Shown here piece by piece: positions 61,001 to 64,000 of a stretch of DNA of 64,000 nucleotides. This stretch comes from Candidatus Gottesmanbacteria bacterium RIFCSPLOWO2_01_FULL_43_11b. GTDB lineage: Bacteria; Patescibacteriota; Microgenomatia; UBA10105; UBA927. The notes below the pieces were generated by a model, which did no database searches, had not been told where the DNA came from, and saw only the letters and a list, made by a program, of their open reading frames with translations. The stretch is from NCBI GenBank assembly GCA_001780985.1, contig MFJV01000001.1:300049-364048 (forward strand), in the 5' to 3' direction. Each line of letters starts with the position of its first letter. Positions within the stretch are counted from its first letter, which is position 1. Both the position numbers and the translations under genes were made by a program.

Positions 61001-63980
61001 TCAGTTCGCCGTTCGGACCAATCCAAGGTGTATCTGTCATAAAGCTCGAACTATTTTCTAGTTCGAGCATTATGTTTTGAAAATCAGTTAATACGCTAGT
61101 AAACCCACCTTGCGCTACTCCCCGCGCCGCCTGATCAAGGCCAATTATTACAGCAACTTGCCCCATTCGTATTGTTCTTCCAAAATGGCTATTGCCCAAA
61201 AGTCCACTACCTGTTCTTAAACGAACGTACCACTGGAGCTGTTCACCATCCATCGTCTCTGTTTTTCCTTTTTCAAATGCGGTAACCCAAATTGGATTTT
61301 CCTCAGTTCCATAGTTATATTTCAGATCAGCAATCGATGTTATTTCAATTCCATTCGGATACAAACTATCAATCAAATTAATAAATCCATAAAACCCCCC
61401 TAAATTAACTGAGTCAACGGGTCTTCCCAAAAACCACTCATACCGATAGCGGACATTTGTTAGGGGCGCACGCGGATCAGTTTTATCAACTCCCGGTAAC
61501 GCATTGTTTTCATCTATATCAAGCGTATCAGGATCATCGATAGGCTCTGTCCACGTTGATTCATTTATCCATTTCCCATCGGCCATGATGACTCTCCGAG
61601 GAACAAGCATTAGTGATATTTTTCCGGTCTTAGTATTAATAAACAAAACAATATTCTGATCAGTTCGACTCTTGCTAAAGGGCAACTCATTGCCTTCTGT
61701 CCCCATAGCGCTATAGGGACTATCTGCGCTTCGTGCGTCCATACCGAGAATTAATACGGTAACTATGGGATCCTCAAGCATTTTCCTTTTTTCTTCTTCA
61801 GATGGGTTTGGTTTTCCGTCTTTTGAAACCCTTTGCCAAAAACGATCTCCTTCTTCTGCGGCTAATTCAGTTCGGTGACGCACTGCATAGGAATGTAAAG
61901 GTTTAGAAATAAATGCAATGAATGGATTTTGAGCATTACTCGTCTGGTCAAATTCTTGCACAACTGTTTCTTCATATAAAGACTGTGCAGCAGGGACATC
62001 ATAATTAATTGTTTGTACTATGGCCGTCGGCTCTTTTACTGGCATTTGTGGTGTCGGTGTAAATACAACGTTGAGCCAAATGACGGCGCTCAAGAGGCCG
62101 TAAGCAAAAGTAGGGACGCCTATTGTCAAACCGGTGGCCCATTTAATGACATTGATAAATGTCTTACGATTTACAAATTTTTCACGAATCCCATTAACAA
62201 ACGCCTGCGCCCTGTCTCTTAACGACCTGCTTTGGATTTCTTTTAACTCTATTGTTTCTTCTGGTTGCTGCGTCTCAACAATTGTTAATTCCGTTGCTGC
62301 ACGGGTAATAATGTCTTCTCGAAGAGCAGTTAATTCTGCAGTTCTGGCTTCCGCTTCAAGTCTTCTTTGGATTGCTGCCTGTTCTGCAAGACCTTCTGTT
62401 TCAAAAATTTCCTGCCTGGATAATTGACCAAAAATCTGCAATCCTTGTTCTCGCGTCATGGTGGGAAGCTCGGCAACAATCGTTGCAAAATCTATTTCAT
62501 CTGCTTCTTTGAGCATTGCAGCGACAATTTTTCGACGCTCAATTTCAGCTTTTCTATCAGGATACAAAAGACCACGAAGTTCACTTCGAAGAGATGAAGC
62601 TAAACTATTGAGCGTCATACCAAGGGGCGCAATCTGTTCGTTGGTGAACCCGTGACCCTCAAGCGATCTAAGAATAATTACATTGAGTTCTGTTGTTGAT
62701 GCGCCGCGGATGTAAGCTTGCGGATATGCATTATCTTCTGATGCGTAAAGATCAAGGAGTACTTGGCCATAGCGATTTTTCACGTCTTCACTCAAACTTG
62801 CGAGTGCTTCAGTTCTTTTTTGTAATGCTTCAATAAGTAACAATCTATTGTTAACTAAATCTTTCTGTCTCTGCGCTTCTTGAGCTAGTTCAAGAGCTTC
62901 AGCCTCCTGTTTTTGGGTAAACCAGGTGTCCAAATTCGCAGAAAACTCTTCGAGAGCGTTGTTGGTATTCTCAAGCCGATCAACGCTGCGGACTCTGGAC
63001 AGTAACGATCGCTCGGCGAGCATGGAGTTAAGCGCATTCATGAATGAGGCAGGAGTTCGGGGAATTTGCCCGCCGGACGTACGCACATCAATGCCGTTTG
63101 CAACTAAATCCGCATGTACTTTTGTGAGCGCCTCTGAAACTCCTTGCATACCAGAAATCGCTCCTATCTCCTGCAGACGATCAGTGACACCAGAAAGTAG
63201 CAAAACGATTTGATCTCGCAATCCTCCTCTCGCTTGCGCTTGCTCTGCCCTTCGAGCAAGTTCTTCAGCAGAAGGCTCTGTGGAAACAGGAGCAGCAGGT
63301 GGTTTCGGCTCGCTCGAGGGTTCTGTTGATTCTGCTAGTTTTTTCGCCGTGTTGACAACATCAATTTTCACCTGAATTTCATTAATCAAGTCCTGAATTT
63401 CTTTACCCATGCGGAATGCTTTGAAGGCCGGTAAAACGCCGGATTCCAGCGCGTCCTGAAGAGCTTCGAGGGAGGCGGGGCTCCGGAGACGATTGGCTTT
63501 TTGTTGAATTACAGGTAACACTACTTTTTGAGCAATATCTTGTGCCTGGTCAATCGTTTGAGCGGTAAATCGAATTCTCCCAAGGTTTACACCAGCATTC
63601 CTCACGCTCTCAACCAGAGTTTTAAGTTGTTCGCGCAGTTGAATACCCAGATTTTTCGGCACGGGCGGCGCAATTGGTGGTGGTAGAGCTGGGGGAATGA
63701 TATCACTGCTTTGTTTAGCCTGAACAAGTGCGTTAACTGCTTCCGTTTGCTGCTTAATCTCTTCGGTAGTTGTTAATCCGTTGAGCAGTAAAGGATTTTG
63801 ATAATGCTCTTTGAAGTACAAATTATACTCTCTCAACGCGACCCCATATTTGAAAAATTCAACCATCTTTTCTTTCCATTGTGTATTGTCCAAATCAGTA
63901 TCAGATGGAATAACCCGAAGGGAATTTGCGTGAGCATACGGTCCATTACTCCTTATGAGATTATTGATTTTATTGTTCAT
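55035..63980 (-). CDS. Giant (~2980 aa) polyvalent membrane protein: coiled coil, TM, LCP, beta-lactamase-like, ART-like, GGDEF x2, methyltransferase, C-terminal TMs
   Basis: AGGAG 8 nt before ATG 63980; VLILGMDAR/RTD/YVRLR (LCP); AASTVK; WHGS..GVGLYTT; RTGGDEF; AEFGTNKG..HTLEHL. Confidence 0.85.
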   Translation of the reverse strand: MNNKINNLIRSNGPYAHANSLRVIPSDTDLDNTQWKEKMVEFFKYGVALREYNLYFKEHYQNPLLLNGLTTTEEIKQQTEAVNALVQAKQSSDIIPPALPPPIAPPVPKNLGIQLREQLKTLVESVRNAGVNLGRIRFTAQTIDQAQDIAQKVVLPVIQQKANRLRSPASLEALQDALESGVLPAFKAFRMGKEIQDLINEIQVKIDVVNTAKKLAESTEPSSEPKPPAAPVSTEPSAEELARRAEQAQARGGLRDQIVLLLSGVTDRLQEIGAISGMQGVSEALTKVHADLVANGIDVRTSGGQIPRTPASFMNALNSMLAERSLLSRVRSVDRLENTNNALEEFSANLDTWFTQKQEAEALELAQEAQRQKDLVNNRLLLIEALQKRTEALASLSEDVKNRYGQVLLDLYASEDNAYPQAYIRGASTTELNVIILRSLEGHGFTNEQIAPLGMTLNSLASSLRSELRGLLYPDRKAEIERRKIVAAMLKEADEIDFATIVAELPTMTREQGLQIFGQLSRQEIFETEGLAEQAAIQRRLEAEARTAELTALREDIITRAATELTIVETQQPEETIELKEIQSRSLRDRAQAFVNGIREKFVNRKTFINVIKWATGLTIGVPTFAYGLLSAVIWLNVVFTPTPQMPVKEPTAIVQTINYDVPAAQSLYEETVVQEFDQTSNAQNPFIAFISKPLHSYAVRHRTELAAEEGDRFWQRVSKDGKPNPSEEEKRKMLEDPIVTVLILGMDARSADSPYSAMGTEGNELPFSKSRTDQNIVLFINTKTGKISLMLVPRRVIMADGKWINESTWTEPIDDPDTLDIDENNALPGVDKTDPRAPLTNVRYRYEWFLGRPVDSVNLGGFYGFINLIDSLYPNGIEITSIADLKYNYGTEENPIWVTAFEKGKTETMDGEQLQWYVRLRTGSGLLGNSHFGRTIRMGQVAVIIGLDQAARGVAQGGFTSVLTDFQNIMLELENSSSFMTDTPWIGPNGELNQGILYEMLVRDQIVKDKRRVGYANELSGLLAHLTAGIQGITFLPVDTKLDVDLPFLKTYSVLLGKGALPTWDGRYRQGEWTYEQKDVEDSVAYYQYVRDIVSTDIYETNLEVENAQEIAEQQAFQSLTATIQDAVSQTDGLVSVYVYELDDNISKTIKINEDIPVHAASTVKIPIAMSVLRWVDNQRMPFEEAMAAIPENSTKNIRELLSAMVVNHDEEATQILTEFVESHQGYTFKDNFSSWGITDISVSPRLVTAKSLGELLELFASDRLGLSDESTNLLWSFMSAPSSIDDAEWTLSGTDLGVDQDAVANMIGNIRSPADKIFVAHDFALVKLPNDKIVVVVVLTSFQSDSEYMSGRPVVSTIGKNVIEYYYPSGQSNSGAVKVQPALIPFTATAQRKVDLWQTRLRLIQAHNADYEKELSLRNQGILPGDTLRPYDAVYEEYFQGPAKSRSLTREFIGFWWKALWELEGVIKAEAANRVRSLFGKKGVDTGSTTAPITNVPDFKTFTIRKKLDNTNTVSEIVINDAAVPLLVLGQTDPLTVDINSPRPDEIVLWHGSKKPLSVRLNYDEELDDDADAGQTLGVGLYTTDDQTQAKLYGRTRGEGEGFVTAVIPYRASLLDARNRVPPALVKAYISWWFGRKPERLEHIKSLTGMTHALYTNHETEYTRLLNSIYNRIESGELTEIDPRYLLGTMYIQGYSYLQWLGSPSNLALTTFMREIGVDGIIETEGGDSAEFGYSDSYVFWNYAKVGTKEDWIERSNTRRYEFSVPLLELQKVGEGWIAPIRQFLGRFFPSLLPPATPQTPQPTGRSPPSVDAMTEKVLENLSIDFDKLSVLPNADQITSFIKRRLIDPGFQKVLPSAILPQDPAITEEVQAQYKNNRSAIPVFRSFVLRYLLGNSYNALTIDFTNIRGANDVGGQPSNIVGDYLIYDVIAAIEKELGEDYIVVRTGGDEFSILTQSLVDDALVSRVQAAANQVKSLYKEGDAIVYRPASVHITREVPDTVDVGLQPVLSAGLLANRLKTYHREMVDIVDSVQGDQGLLQFFSEILFDPVLSNDVDILRIQQNINIEVFHDRTDLLSHLEDENQSGGNFNLLRIEVPGVLKWINDKYGYASGNDFLRYILNRSVPAIADIIGKETHIGFWRPSGSDFYIELPRNIEITDEIIAAIKTAIAGGSGHYTFTGESLPIAPVISVIAKTDLTLKANTTSLEVDPDNEVNLSIAQQQLAQDVWSGTVTALRDFYSQNPTDSDWDFLAHYLSPFERRGMNRLARLGTPLVEELKKNFDNPESLKPLLLQILTDYRPGTSSLETSTESPNYDSDYADVAVSRRPGQSKAGSWGKSELWMVERGKLSALASGDVVAEFGTNKGDFLFDLANPTSRLAVKLPLNISLIGFDINVNSITEAQTRVNREGKDIRFITANVAESATNPLLSTLGDRKITLGFASHTLEHLSETELSAFFHNLDEVLAENGEFIAVVPAEPLKGIFTIGVAKEYLEKKTGKKLQWVRDFRQILSEAQELHKTQFLSSRSYEKYLLGTDLAVDMSRSQFHMTSMGAPAVGVVITKKTQSVSKPSSESIYAFNPRTTEMMLAIGDAIQGTWERVKGLFQKQSRQPNFQVQITQLQAVVERDFADVLAKVNWKEEGVARETVTAIVEEAFTRQYQDRAPPFTEQEKVSIISSVVSKILENHKIKSDFITTLLDNILIPTRAVEFLIGLTMITLELFRYMRLYPVEMNMPYQLPINPAIVREDGLTFSQAQQLSTNPTLAWAVSNIGDMLEVSVGFIALRLLFFAANEVLKKITGKQIPDNVSFWSSLGTIVVIQALHSLGYIAYTVSFLPGTSVYDYSGHPYPDMLFGQGVAALGLIAAHYVAPHIRPMLNKLGVKLGNWMEGISNIELHQKRQAERMLRLQQKLDAWFRGYQKMLEAIFEVNVNGFFYKFLVPAILSVLSIGLVLWGIGYIEPPILIRTFLQLEWIESLTGSGQ

Positions 63981-64000
63981 CGACACTACTCCTCTATTAT

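Overview
Bacterial chromosomal window, standard code 11 (TGA is used as a stop many times). The gene repertoire, compactness and style point to a Patescibacteria/CPR (Microgenomates-like) genome; this is inference. Four blocks. (1) 0.4-15.8 kb surface-structure locus: a catalytically empty integrase N-terminal (SAM-like) gene coupled to a 3232-aa membrane-anchored giant protein (about 200 G-X-Y collagen triplets, LamG domains, tail-fibre-like repeats), two four-helix-bundle (IVS/Avd-like) genes bracketed by 7-nt tandem arrays, three type IV pilin-like genes and a decaying LamG gene with a spare C-terminal cassette. (2) 15.8-18 kb: two AbiEii-type nucleotidyltransferase modules. (3) 18-55 kb: glycosylation island with amino-sugar enzymes, GT2/GT4, acyl- and methyltransferases and about 16 polytopic GT-C-like membrane proteins, interrupted by hicBA. 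(4) 55-64 kb: a ~2980-aa polyvalent protein (LCP, beta-lactamase-like, ART-like, GGDEF, methyltransferase). The best leads are the inverted heptamer arrays enclosing the four-helix-bundle gene, an integrase SAM-like domain apparently split between two adjacent genes, the polyvalent giant, and palindromic bidirectional -10 boxes driving near-leaderless divergent genes. No rRNA, tRNA, CRISPR array, transposase or reverse transcriptase was seen. All domain calls are from motif recognition by eye, not database searches.
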